Source: an uncultured Gemmatimonadota bacterium
GTDB taxonomy: Bacteria > SM23-81 > DAOVCL01
Assembly (NCBI GenBank): GCA_964626665.1
Contig: CAZVGK010000013.1
Location: 15,628-79,627, forward strand
Direction of reading: 5' to 3'
DNA: 64,000 bases
A program made the position numbers and the translations under genes. Every line of letters starts with the position of its first letter. Within the stretch, counting starts at the first letter, position 1. Under the pieces are notes generated by a model. That model was not told the DNA's origin and ran no database searches. It was given only the letters and a program-made list of their open reading frames with translations. Positions 21,237-30,128 of the stretch are shown one piece after another.

Positions 21237-21322
21237 CTCAGAACTCAAAGACCCAATAGGCCCAACGGACTCAGAGACTAAATGACTCAACGACTCAATA
21301 GACTCAATGAACTCAACAAACT
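21210..21322 (+). repeat. Right arm: about 13 GACTCAA-type units
   Basis: gactcaaa gacccaacg gactcaat gactcaga actcaaa ... gactcaac gactcaata gactcaat gaactcaac. Confidence 0.92.
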
Positions 21323-21325
21323 GAG

Positions 21326-22933
21326 ATGTATCGCATAGAATCAAAGATAAATCCAAACAGCCCAGAGTTTAAGGCGAACAAGGAACATCTGAAAGGGCTG
21401 GTTAGAGAGCTTAAGGATAGGCTAAGGGAGGTGAAGGGGGGTGGCCCTCCCAAGATGCATGCAAAGCATAAGGCCCGGGGTAAGCTGTTTGTCAGGGATA
21501 GGCTGAAGTTGCTTTTTGACCCCAATACGCCGTTCCTCGAGTTGTCTCCTCTGGCCAGTTGGGGTATGCATAACAATGGGCATCCTGGGGCGGGGATAGT
21601 GACGGGGATAGGGGTGATTCATGGGAGGGAGGTTATGGTTGTGGCCAACGATGCCACAGTGAAGGGGGGAACCTATACCCCTGAGACCATCAAGAAACAT
21701 ATAAGGGCTCAAGAGATAGCTATGGAGAACAGGTTGCCCTGCATATATCTTGTGGATTCAGGGGGGATTTTCCTCCCCCTGCAAGCCGGGACCTTTCCTG
21801 ATAAGTATCATTTTGGGCGCATCTTCTACAACCAGGCCCGGATGTCGGCAATGAATATCCCCCAGATCTCCGCAGTGGTGGGGTTCTGTACTGCTGGTGG
21901 GGCATATCAACCAGCGATGAGCGATGAAGTGGTCATTGTTAAAGGAGAGGGGACGATCTATATTGGGGGCCCCCCTCTGGTTAAGGCGGCAACCGGTGAG
22001 GTGGTAACTGCCGAGGAACTTGGTGGTGCAGATGTGCATTGCCGCATATCGGGGGTGGCTGACCATTACGCCGTAGATGATGCCCACTCTATGGAGATAA
22101 CAAGGAATATCGTGCAGAATCTATCTCCGCCAAAGAGGTTCGAACTGGGGCGCACCCAACCAGAGGAGCCCGCATATGACCCGGAGGAATTATATGGCAT
22201 AATACCGAAAGGTTTAAAAAAGCCCTTTGATATGCGGGAGGTAATAGCAAGGATTGTTGATAGGAGTGAGTTCCATGAGTTTAAGGAGTTATATGGGACT
22301 TCACTCGTCTGTGGGTTTGCTCGGATTATGGGCTATCCCGTGGGCATACTCGCTAATAATGGAGTGCTCTTCTCAGAGTCCTCTCAAAAAGGTGCCCACT
22401 TCGTCTCTTTGTGTAGTGTGAGAAAGATACCACTTATATTCTTGCAGAATATTACCGGTTTCATTGTCGGTAAGAAATATGAACACGGTGGAATAGCAAA
22501 AGATGGTGCGAAGTTGATCCATGCTGTCGCCAATGCTGATGTGCCCAAATTTACTGTGATTGTCGGTAATTCCTATGGAGCAGGTAATTATGGTATGTGC
22601 GGCAGGGGGTATGACCCCAGACTCCTCTTTATGTGGCCAAATGCCAAGATATGTGTAATGGGTGGGAAACAGGCGGCTGGTGTGCTTACTGATATCAAGG
22701 TAAGGGAACTGAAGAGAAAAGGAGAAAAATTAACTCCAGAAGACATAGAGAGAATAAGAGAACCCATACTCAAGAAATATGAAGAAGAGTCCAACGCCTA
22801 TTATTCTACTGCCCGGTTATGGGATGATGGAATAATTGATCCCTTGGATTCTCGTAGTGTGCTGGGACTGGGAATATCAATGTCCCTCAATGCTCCCATA
22901 CCAGATCATAGATTTGGGGTCTTCAGGATGTAA
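21326..22933 (+). CDS. 3-Methylcrotonyl-CoA carboxylase-like carboxyltransferase (beta) subunit
   Basis: [60 protein letters not shown]-terminus. Confidence 0.9.
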   Translation: MYRIESKINPNSPEFKANKEHLKGLVRELKDRLREVKGGGPPKMHAKHKARGKLFVRDRLKLLFDPNTPFLELSPLASWGMHNNGHPGAGIVTGIGVIHGREVMVVANDATVKGGTYTPETIKKHIRAQEIAMENRLPCIYLVDSGGIFLPLQAGTFPDKYHFGRIFYNQARMSAMNIPQISAVVGFCTAGGAYQPAMSDEVVIVKGEGTIYIGGPPLVKAATGEVVTAEELGGADVHCRISGVADHYAVDDAHSMEITRNIVQNLSPPKRFELGRTQPEEPAYDPEELYGIIPKGLKKPFDMREVIARIVDRSEFHEFKELYGTSLVCGFARIMGYPVGILANNGVLFSESSQKGAHFVSLCSVRKIPLIFLQNITGFIVGKKYEHGGIAKDGAKLIHAVANADVPKFTVIVGNSYGAGNYGMCGRGYDPRLLFMWPNAKICVMGGKQAAGVLTDIKVRELKRKGEKLTPEDIERIREPILKKYEEESNAYYSTARLWDDGIIDPLDSRSVLGLGISMSLNAPIPDHRFGVFRM

Positions 22934-23045
22934 GGATTTAGATGGAGTTTAATGTAGGAAGGACAGTGAAATATTGAATTGATCGGGCAGAATATGATAT
23001 GGAGACAGCAGAGAGTCTTTTTCGAGCAAGGGAATATCCCTATTC

Positions 23046-23157
23046 AAACCGAGGTGGCAGAACCCCTGTTCTGCCCCAGTCAGATCAGGGGATCTGACCA
23101 CTCAGCTATTGGTCATTCGAAGCCACCGTATGGGTTCTGATGAATAATTCGGGTTAG
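23046..23157 (+). repeat. About 100-bp dispersed repeat containing a GTGG-type REP doublet
   Basis: Aligns by eye at roughly 80% to the reverse complement of 50867-50967. Hairpins GGCAGAAC/GTTCTGCC and GTCAGATC/GATCTGAC. Confidence 0.85.
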
Positions 23158-23179
23158 ATGAGGTTAAGGAGGCATTTAG

Positions 23180-23497
23180 GTGGTTAAGGCGGGGATTGTA
23201 GAAAAAATCAAGAGGTTTATAGAGGTAATTGAAAGGCAAAATATAAAAGTTGCTAAAGCAGTCTTATATGGGTCACAAGTCAATGGGAAAACATACGAGT
23301 ACGGCGATATTGATGTTGCTATCGTTTCTGCTGATTTTGGGAATGACCGATATGAGGAGGGCACCAAACTTTTTGAACTCGCCTACAAGATAGATCCAAG
23401 AATAGAGCCAGTTCCAATTTCGCTGAGATCTTATGAGGAAGATACTTGGGTCCCCCTGATTTACGAAATCAGGACAAAGTGGGTGGAGATAAGTTAG
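23180..23497 (+). CDS. Minimal nucleotidyltransferase (MNT) domain protein, no adjacent HEPN partner
   Basis: AVLYGSQVNG....GDIDVAIVS.DF...RIEP. Confidence 0.85.
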   Translation: MVKAGIVEKIKRFIEVIERQNIKVAKAVLYGSQVNGKTYEYGDIDVAIVSADFGNDRYEEGTKLFELAYKIDPRIEPVPISLRSYEEDTWVPLIYEIRTKWVEIS

Positions 23498-23532
23498 TGC
23501 CCGGCATAAGCCAATCAAGAATTGTAACTATC

Positions 23533-23693
23533 TAGTGTCTGTCCGAAAACTACCAAAATTGAAATATTTCCGTCATTGCGAGCGACTGAAAGGAGCGAAG
23601 CAATCTCCTGGAAATAAAAAGATTGCTTCGTCGTTCGTTCCTCACTCCTCCCAATGACATTTCCCTCAAAACTGGAATTCCGGACAGACACTA
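23533..23693. mobile_element. MITE-like element with 13-bp perfect TIR containing a GTCATTGCGAG-type palindromic repeat
   Basis: TAGTGTCTGTCCG ... CGGACAGACACTA. Inner gtcattgcgag..gaagcaatct..agattgcttcg..caatgac at 23572-23658. Confidence 0.7.
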
Positions 23694-23824
23694 TCTATAG
23701 AGTTCGGGGGATAGGGATGAGGCTGGCTAACCTTAGATCAAGGGGAGTGAAGGCTCGTTTGGGTTTTACATAGGTTCTGAAGCATGGGTAGGGATTGCTA
23801 CATAACCGAAGGGGGAGCGCGCAA

Positions 23825-24604
23825 TTGGAAACTATACTCTACACAATAGATGGGTTGGTGGCCAGGATTACCTTTAATAGGCCAGCGGTGCATAACGCCT
23901 TCAATGACCAGATGATTCAGGAGTTAACTGATGTTTTTGCCGAGATCAAGGGGCGGGAAGATGTGCGGATCGTCGTTTTGACCGGAGAGGGGAAGTCGTT
24001 CTCTGCAGGGGCGGATATAAATTGGATGCGTAAAGTCAAAGATTATTCGTTTGAAGAGAATGTTAAAAACTCGCTTAAGCTCGCCGATTTGTTTTATCTC
24101 ATTTACTCTTTGCCAAAGCCAACGATTGCCCGGGTTAATGGGGCAGCTATCGGAGGGGGGACCGGATTGGTGGCCGTTTGCGACATCGCTATCGCCTCAT
24201 CGGCCGCCAAGTTTAGTTTTTCCGAGGTAAAGCTGGGGCTTGTCCCTGCCGCCATATCACCTTATGTAATAAAGAAATGTGGTGAAGGGAGGACCAGGGA
24301 GTTCTTTCTGACCGGGGAGAGGCTCTCTCCGGAGAGAGCCTTGCTTGCTGGGCTCGTCAACCAAGTGGTTCCCCCGCAAGAACTTGATAAGGCGGTGGAT
24401 GACTTAGTAAACCAACTGCTTTCCAGTGGACCTCAGGCCACAGGGATATGCAAGGACCTTCTCAGGGATGTGCCCAAATTAAGCCTTGAGGAGGCAAGGG
24501 GGTATACGGCACGGGTGCTTGCTGGCTTAAGGATATCTGATGAAGGCCAAGAGGGGACGATGGCGTTCCTGGAGAAGAGAAAGCCAAATTGGAGCTCTGA
24601 ATGA
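23825..24604 (+). CDS. Enoyl-CoA hydratase family, methylglutaconyl-CoA hydratase-like
   Basis: FNRPAVHNAFN, FSAGADINWM, GAAIGGGTGL.AVCD, FSEVKLGLVPA.ISPYV, EGQEG..AFLEKR.P.W. TTG start after GGGGGAG. Confidence 0.88.
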   Translation: METILYTIDGLVARITFNRPAVHNAFNDQMIQELTDVFAEIKGREDVRIVVLTGEGKSFSAGADINWMRKVKDYSFEENVKNSLKLADLFYLIYSLPKPTIARVNGAAIGGGTGLVAVCDIAIASSAAKFSFSEVKLGLVPAAISPYVIKKCGEGRTREFFLTGERLSPERALLAGLVNQVVPPQELDKAVDDLVNQLLSSGPQATGICKDLLRDVPKLSLEEARGYTARVLAGLRISDEGQEGTMAFLEKRKPNWSSE

Positions 24605-26094
24605 TTAGGAAGTTGCTCATAGCTAACCGTGGTGAGATAGCGGTGCGGATTATCAGGGCCTGTAGAGAGCTGGGCATTCAGATGGTGGGGGTCTATTCCA
24701 CAATTGATAAATCCTCCTTATGGGTGAGGCTGGCCGATGAATCCGTATGCATCGGGGAGCCACCGCCGGGGGAGAGCTATCTTAATATGGACCGTATCAT
24801 TGAGACGACTCAAAAGGTTGGGGCAGATGCCATCCATCCTGGTTATGGTTTCCTCGCCGAGAACCCTGATTTTGCCCAAAGATGCGAGGAGGCGGGGATC
24901 ACATTTGTGGGGCCAACATCAAAGGCACTCAGGTTGGTGGGAGACAAGGTGGCAGCCCGCCAAACGATGCAGAGGGCAGGAATATCCATAATCCCCGGTA
25001 TGACAGTTGTCGGCAAGAAGGCGGAGGATTTTCGCCAAGCCATAGCCAAGCTGGGTTATCCAGTTCTGGTGAAGGCCTCACTCGGCGGCGGCGGTAAGGG
25101 GATGCGCATTGTGAGGGATGAGAAAGAGCTGGACATGGCCGTAGCCGCCGGGAGGCGTGAGGCGAAGTTCGCCTTTGGTGATGAGTCGGTCTATCTGGAG
25201 AAGTATATTGAGGAGTCGCATCATGTGGAGTTTCAGGTTTTGGCGGATGAATTTGGCAGGGTGGTTCATCTATTTGAACGGGAATGTTCTATCCAGCGCA
25301 GGTATCAGAAAGTGGTGGAGGAGACCCCTTCACCGGCTCTAACTGATGAGCTACGGAGGGAGATGGGAGAGGTAGCCAAGCTAGCGATAAAGTCAGCCGG
25401 ATACACCAATGCGGGGACGGTGGAATTTCTGTTGGACCAAGAGGACAATTTCTTTTTCCTGGAGATAAACGCCAGGATCCAGGTGGAACATCCGATAACG
25501 GAACTCACCACGGGGATAGACCTCGTCAGACAACAGCTCTTAATTGCCTCAGGAGAAAGGTTGACCTTAAGCCAGGAGGGTATCTCTCCCCGAGGGCATG
25601 CTATAGAGACACGGATTTATGCTGAAGATCCCACCAGCGATTTCCTCCCCTCCCCTGGCAAGATCCGATGGCTTAAGGAGCCCCAGGGCCCTGGGATTAG
25701 GGTGGATTCAGGTGTCTATTCAGGTTATGAGGTAACCCCTCACTATGACCCTATACTTGCGAAACTCATTGCCTGGGGGAAGACAAGGGAGATTGCCAGG
25801 AGGAGGATAATCCAGGCTCTGAAGGGATATGTAATTTTGGGGATAACCACCTCCATTGGGTTTCTTATAGATGTTTTGGAGCATTCCCAATTCGTGGCGG
25901 GTAAGACCCATACTAATTTCATTAGCAAAAATATGAAGGGGTGGCGACCAAATGACCAGGCTTTGACCGAGGCACTTATCGCCGCGGCCATAGTTTCATC
26001 AGAGGCCCCTGCGGCTACCAAGGTCTTAGCCGCTCAAGCTACCTCACCCTGGCAGGAACTGGGCAAATGGGAGATGGGCAGTGGTGGAATATAG
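24601..26094 (+). CDS. Biotin carboxylase subunit (methylcrotonyl-CoA carboxylase alpha-like)
   Basis: KLLIANRGEIA, IHPGYGFLAEN, GGGGKGMR, ERECSIQRRYQK, EINARIQVEHPITE. Confidence 0.93.
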   Translation: MIRKLLIANRGEIAVRIIRACRELGIQMVGVYSTIDKSSLWVRLADESVCIGEPPPGESYLNMDRIIETTQKVGADAIHPGYGFLAENPDFAQRCEEAGITFVGPTSKALRLVGDKVAARQTMQRAGISIIPGMTVVGKKAEDFRQAIAKLGYPVLVKASLGGGGKGMRIVRDEKELDMAVAAGRREAKFAFGDESVYLEKYIEESHHVEFQVLADEFGRVVHLFERECSIQRRYQKVVEETPSPALTDELRREMGEVAKLAIKSAGYTNAGTVEFLLDQEDNFFFLEINARIQVEHPITELTTGIDLVRQQLLIASGERLTLSQEGISPRGHAIETRIYAEDPTSDFLPSPGKIRWLKEPQGPGIRVDSGVYSGYEVTPHYDPILAKLIAWGKTREIARRRIIQALKGYVILGITTSIGFLIDVLEHSQFVAGKTHTNFISKNMKGWRPNDQALTEALIAAAIVSSEAPAATKVLAAQATSPWQELGKWEMGSGGI

Positions 26095-26584
26095 GTTCGT
26101 CTACGCGGGCAAAACTTATCGGGTAAACGTTGAAGCAGCCACGGGATCGTGGTTGATCAGCATCGATGACGGAGAGCCTTTAGAGGTTAAGCTAATTTCT
26201 TCCTCCCCGTATTGCCTCTCCTTCTCAATGGGGGGTAGGCCCATAACCGCCTATGCCCTGCAAGGGGATGGCCGGAGGTACATCTCCATAGATGGCGAGT
26301 CCTTTTCCTTTGAGTTGGAGAAGAGTAGGGCAAGGAGGGCCCCTGGGGTAGCGGCCCAGGGGGGAGGAAATGTGGTCAGTTCCCCGATGCCCGGCTTTTT
26401 GGTGAAGGTGCTCGTCTCAGGTGGTGACAAAGTAGAGGTAGGGCAAACGCTGGCCATTGTTGAGGCAATGAAGATGGAGAATGAGCTGAAGTCACCGATT
26501 AAAGGGATAGTAAAGCGGGTAAAATTCGAGGAGGGCAACCAGGTGGACGCCCTCCAACCCATTGTAGAGTTGGAAGCTGTTTAG
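26081..26584 (+). CDS. Biotin carboxyl carrier protein
   Basis: SPMPG...EAMKMENE. Confidence 0.92.
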   Translation: MVEYRFVYAGKTYRVNVEAATGSWLISIDDGEPLEVKLISSSPYCLSFSMGGRPITAYALQGDGRRYISIDGESFSFELEKSRARRAPGVAAQGGGNVVSSPMPGFLVKVLVSGGDKVEVGQTLAIVEAMKMENELKSPIKGIVKRVKFEEGNQVDALQPIVELEAV

Positions 26585-26852
26585 TCTACGAGTCTAAAAG
26601 TCTAATAGTCTAAGAGATTGAGGTCTTTCCATTAGCTATAAGGGATGTTGAGAAGTTTCGCAGAGGTTTTAGGAAGAAGAAGTCCTAAAAGGGTTTGGAT
26701 ATCATCTGGGAATAACCGAAGGGTTGATCTTTTAATATCACCGTAATTGGAGGACTGGCGTTGCGGGGAGAGACAATAAAGATATTGAATTCCCTTTGCA
26801 CAATGGTGCCCCACCACTTTTAGACTTTTAGACTCTTAAGCTGCTAAGCTGC
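26581..26852 (+). repeat. AGTCTAA / TTAGACT inverted arrays enclosing a decayed four-helix-bundle remnant
   Basis: The left arm 26581-26613 contains the BCCP stop codon; the right arm is 26818-26852. Interior fragments read IEVFPLA, (A)EGFR..S, YHLGITEG and GETIKILNSL. Confidence 0.65.
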
Positions 26853-26859
26853 TCCCTAC

Positions 26860-27693
26860 ATGCATTTTGTATCTTTGATCGCCTCCGAACGGAGGAGCGG
26901 CAATTCAGATTGCTTGGGGAGATTGGCCCTCAAGGAGGCCTTAGGGAACGGTGCCGGTTCCGGCGAACTGTTCTATCTAAAGGATTACCAGATCCGGCAA
27001 TGTCAGGGATGTTTGAGTTGTCTCTTTAAGAGGATGGAGTGCAAGTTAGGAGATGATCTGTATAGGCTCCTGGGAAAGCTTACCTCGGCAGATGTTCTCC
27101 TCCTGGTTGCCCCCACCTATGTGCTCTCCATCCCTGGCTCCCTGAAGCTTCTTTTAGATCGGTATCTGGTTATCTACGAGCAATTCAAGGGCCAATGGGG
27201 ACGCCCGGCAATAAGCGTGGGGATAGCCGCGCTTCCCAATTGGTTCCAATTTCAGGTCCCTCTAATGAACCTGTTTCTATTGGTTCTGGGGTTTAGGGTG
27301 GTGGATAGCTATGTAACTTATGGGGCGGGACAGGGGGGAATCCTCTTGGACGATAACTTGCCCAAAATTTTATCCGCGGTCAGAGGGATGTGCCGCAATC
27401 CCGTGCCCCCTCCTGTGAAATTCGATTCACAGCTCTCCCCCTTCTGCTCTGGCGACCACTCCACCGTATTTGAGCGCATTGAGGGTAATCGCTACAGATG
27501 TCCCGTCTGTCTGACCCCCTGTGAGCAGCGGCCCGCTGGTTTTTATTTTCGGGGGAAGGACCTGAACAATCACCGTTGGACCCCGCCCAGAATCAAAGAC
27601 CATTTCGACAACTGGATATTAAAAACCGGACCAATGTTTAAAGAGCGGATCAGGGATATATCCAAGAAAAAAAAGGAGCTGGGGCTAAGGTAG
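26860..27693 (+). CDS. Flavodoxin-like / iron-sulfur flavoprotein family protein
   Basis: ASERRSGNS, CQGCLSC....C...DD Cys motif, APTY, C-terminal CPVC. Confidence 0.75.
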   Translation: MHFVSLIASERRSGNSDCLGRLALKEALGNGAGSGELFYLKDYQIRQCQGCLSCLFKRMECKLGDDLYRLLGKLTSADVLLLVAPTYVLSIPGSLKLLLDRYLVIYEQFKGQWGRPAISVGIAALPNWFQFQVPLMNLFLLVLGFRVVDSYVTYGAGQGGILLDDNLPKILSAVRGMCRNPVPPPVKFDSQLSPFCSGDHSTVFERIEGNRYRCPVCLTPCEQRPAGFYFRGKDLNNHRWTPPRIKDHFDNWILKTGPMFKERIRDISKKKKELGLR

Positions 27694-27719
27694 TCCTGGC
27701 TTAAAGAAAGGGGTAAAGA

Positions 27720-28502
27720 ATGGGGTATAAAAGCTTGATTGTGGAGATTGCCGACCAGGTAGCCGTGGTGAAGATAAATCGTCCCCCGGTAAACGCGATG
27801 AATGCCGAAGTGGCCCGGGAACTGGAGGGGGCAATGCATAACCTAAATGACAACGCCGATGTGAGGGTAATCATCATTACCGGTGAAGGCAAGGCCTTTG
27901 TTGCTGGCGCGGATATTGCGGCTATGTCCAAGTTCAATTCACTCCAAGCAAGGGAGTTTGGGAAGTTAGGATGTCGTGTGCTTTCCTATATTGAGAATAT
28001 GGAGGAGCCGGTAATTGCCGCGGTAAATGGGTATGCGTTGGGAGGCGGTTGTGAGATCGCTATGGCCTGTGATATCAGGATAGCCTCCTCCAAGGCGCTC
28101 TTCGGCCAGCCAGAGCTGAAGCTTGGGCTTATCCCCGGATGGGCGGGCACCCAAAGGATGTCACGCATCCTGGGGATTGGCAAGGCGAAGGAGTTGATAT
28201 TTACCGGCGACTCCATTGATGCTCAGGAGGCTCTCAGGATTGGACTGGTGAACAGGGTTGTTCCCCCTGAGGAGCTGATGGACGAGGCCCAAAAATTTGC
28301 TCAGAAGATGTTAGAAACGGGACCCACTGCCCTTAAGCTGGCCAAGACCGTTATAAATCGGGGTCTTGACTCTAACTTCACCACTGCGTCATCCTATGAG
28401 TCGGAGGCCTTTGGGGTCTGCTTCTCTACCCCCGAGGTTAAGGAGGGGATGCAGGCATTCTTAGAAAAGCGTAAACCAAAATGGAGTTTATTGAGTTCGT
28501 AG
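27720..28502 (+). CDS. Enoyl-CoA hydratase (crotonase)
   Basis: AFVAGADI, AAVNGYALGGGCEIAMACD, FGQPELKLGLIPGWAGTQR. Confidence 0.93.
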   Translation: MGYKSLIVEIADQVAVVKINRPPVNAMNAEVARELEGAMHNLNDNADVRVIIITGEGKAFVAGADIAAMSKFNSLQAREFGKLGCRVLSYIENMEEPVIAAVNGYALGGGCEIAMACDIRIASSKALFGQPELKLGLIPGWAGTQRMSRILGIGKAKELIFTGDSIDAQEALRIGLVNRVVPPEELMDEAQKFAQKMLETGPTALKLAKTVINRGLDSNFTTASSYESEAFGVCFSTPEVKEGMQAFLEKRKPKWSLLSS

Positions 28503-28641
28503 AGTTTATTGAGTCTGTTGAGTTTATTGAGTTTTAGGATGTTGACTCAACGAACTGGGTGAACTCAAAGAACTGAGCTAACTCAATGGACTGTGCGGAC
28601 TCAAAAGACTGTGTTGACTCAATGAACTGAGTAGACTCAAA
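28484..28641. repeat. Empty cassette: TTGAGT array directly facing an ACTCAA array
   Basis: The left arm 28484-28535 supplies the crotonase stop codon. A spacer of about 8 nt is followed by the right arm 28543-28641, ending just before the RBS GGGAGGTG. Confidence 0.88.
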
Positions 28642-28653
28642 TGGGAGGTGAAT

Positions 28654-29985
28654 ATGAATTTCGCCGAAAGGCTGGAGAATGTTTCGATAATTGGTGCCGG
28701 CGGTAAGATGGGCAGTGGGATCTCCGTTCTTATCGCCCAGGAGCTGGCCAAGCTTAAGGTCAAGAATAGAGGCAAGACCTATAGATTAAACCTAATAGAT
28801 GTTCAGGATGCTGCCCTTGATGGGCTACAGACCTTTATCAAGGCCCAGACGACAAAGTTAGCCGAGAAGTCCATCGTGGCCTTGAGATCTGTGTATGCCG
28901 ATAGGGAAGACCTCGTGGAGAACTGGGAGGTCATCAATGCCTTTGTCGATGACACCTTTTCAATCATTAGGTTAGGCACCGATTTAAAGATGGCCGAGAA
29001 ATCCCAATTGGTCTTTGAGGCAATAGTGGAGGATGAAACCATCAAGATCAAGGTGCTCAAGGGGCTCAAGGGGCTTTGTGGAAGGGAGACATTTTTCCTG
29101 ACCAACACCTCCTCAATACCCATAGGTTTCCTTGATGAAGAGGCGGGGCTTGGGGGGAGGATAATCGGATATCACTTCTACAATCCGCCGGTGGTCCAGA
29201 GGCTCGTTGAGGTGATCACCGCCCAGACAACCCACCAAGAGCTTCAGGAGGTTGGTGCAGAGTTAGGGAAGAGGCTTCGTAAGAAGCTGGTCCCCTCCAA
29301 TGACATCTCCGGCTTTATGGGGAATGGCCATTTTATGAGGGATGGCCTCTACGGCATTGGTGAAGTGGAGAGGTTGCAGGGTGAATACTCCCTACCTGGA
29401 GCCATTTATCTTATGAACCGCATCTCCCAGGATTTCCTTATCCGCCCAATGGGCATCTTTCAGCTCATCGACTATGTGGGGGTGGATGTCTTCCAGTGCA
29501 TCTTGAAGGTGATGAGGAAGCACTTGAGGGATGATAGCCTACAAAGCGACCTCATCGATCGGTTGGCTGAGAAGGGTGTGTTAGGTGGCCAAAGGGCTGA
29601 CGGCTCCCAAAAGGATGGCTCCCTCAAGTATGACCATAACAGGCCAGTAGGGGTCTATGACCCGGGGAAGGGTGAGTATGTACCAATTGCCGGGAAGTGG
29701 CAAAAGGATTTGGATGCGGCAATTGGCCCCCTCCCTGCGGGATTTAGCCCCTGGAGGAAGCTCCTGCGGGAGCCGGGGAAGGAGGAGAGGCTTGTGGCCT
29801 ATTTCCGTAATCTGTTCGATGCCCAGACCTTAGGTGCTGAGCTGGCCCGGGGTTATCTCTTGCGCACCAAGGAGATAGCCAACCAACTTATTGCGGATGG
29901 GGTGGCCAACTCAAAGGAGGATGTCAACGCTGTGCTCACCAACGGGTTCTATTGGCTTTATGGGCCGATCAATGATTACATTTGA
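28654..29985 (+). CDS. 3-Hydroxyacyl-CoA dehydrogenase family protein
   Basis: IIGAGGKMGSGI (Rossmann fold), VFEAIVE, TNTSSIPI, GYHFYNPP, FQLIDYVGVD. Confidence 0.88.
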   Translation: MNFAERLENVSIIGAGGKMGSGISVLIAQELAKLKVKNRGKTYRLNLIDVQDAALDGLQTFIKAQTTKLAEKSIVALRSVYADREDLVENWEVINAFVDDTFSIIRLGTDLKMAEKSQLVFEAIVEDETIKIKVLKGLKGLCGRETFFLTNTSSIPIGFLDEEAGLGGRIIGYHFYNPPVVQRLVEVITAQTTHQELQEVGAELGKRLRKKLVPSNDISGFMGNGHFMRDGLYGIGEVERLQGEYSLPGAIYLMNRISQDFLIRPMGIFQLIDYVGVDVFQCILKVMRKHLRDDSLQSDLIDRLAEKGVLGGQRADGSQKDGSLKYDHNRPVGVYDPGKGEYVPIAGKWQKDLDAAIGPLPAGFSPWRKLLREPGKEERLVAYFRNLFDAQTLGAELARGYLLRTKEIANQLIADGVANSKEDVNAVLTNGFYWLYGPINDYI

Positions 29986-30039
29986 GAGGGTCAGAGAGGA
30001 GAGGTCGGTTCCCAGGGGTGGGCAAAACTAGCCGCGTAA

Positions 30040-30069
30040 GTAGGATCAGGATTTACCTCCTGACCTCAC
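30040..30069 (+). repeat. GTAG-type REP hairpin
   Basis: GTAGGATCAGGA-TTTACC-TCCTGACCTCAC. Confidence 0.5.
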
Positions 30070-30128
30070 AGGTAAGAAATCCCTAAAAAGGGGTTTGGCC
30101 TCTGCGCACTGTTACGAAGGGAGGAATT

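Noticed and set aside
20151-21322. GACTCAA arrays (and 28484-28641) as CRISPR arrays
   Set aside because: Units are only 7-9 bp with 0-3 nt between them, there are no unique 25-45 bp spacers, and no cas genes are in the window.
23054-23100. Kissing-loop RNA from complementary CCCT/AGGG loops
   Set aside because: The complementarity follows automatically from two related REP units in inverted orientation, so it is not independent evidence.
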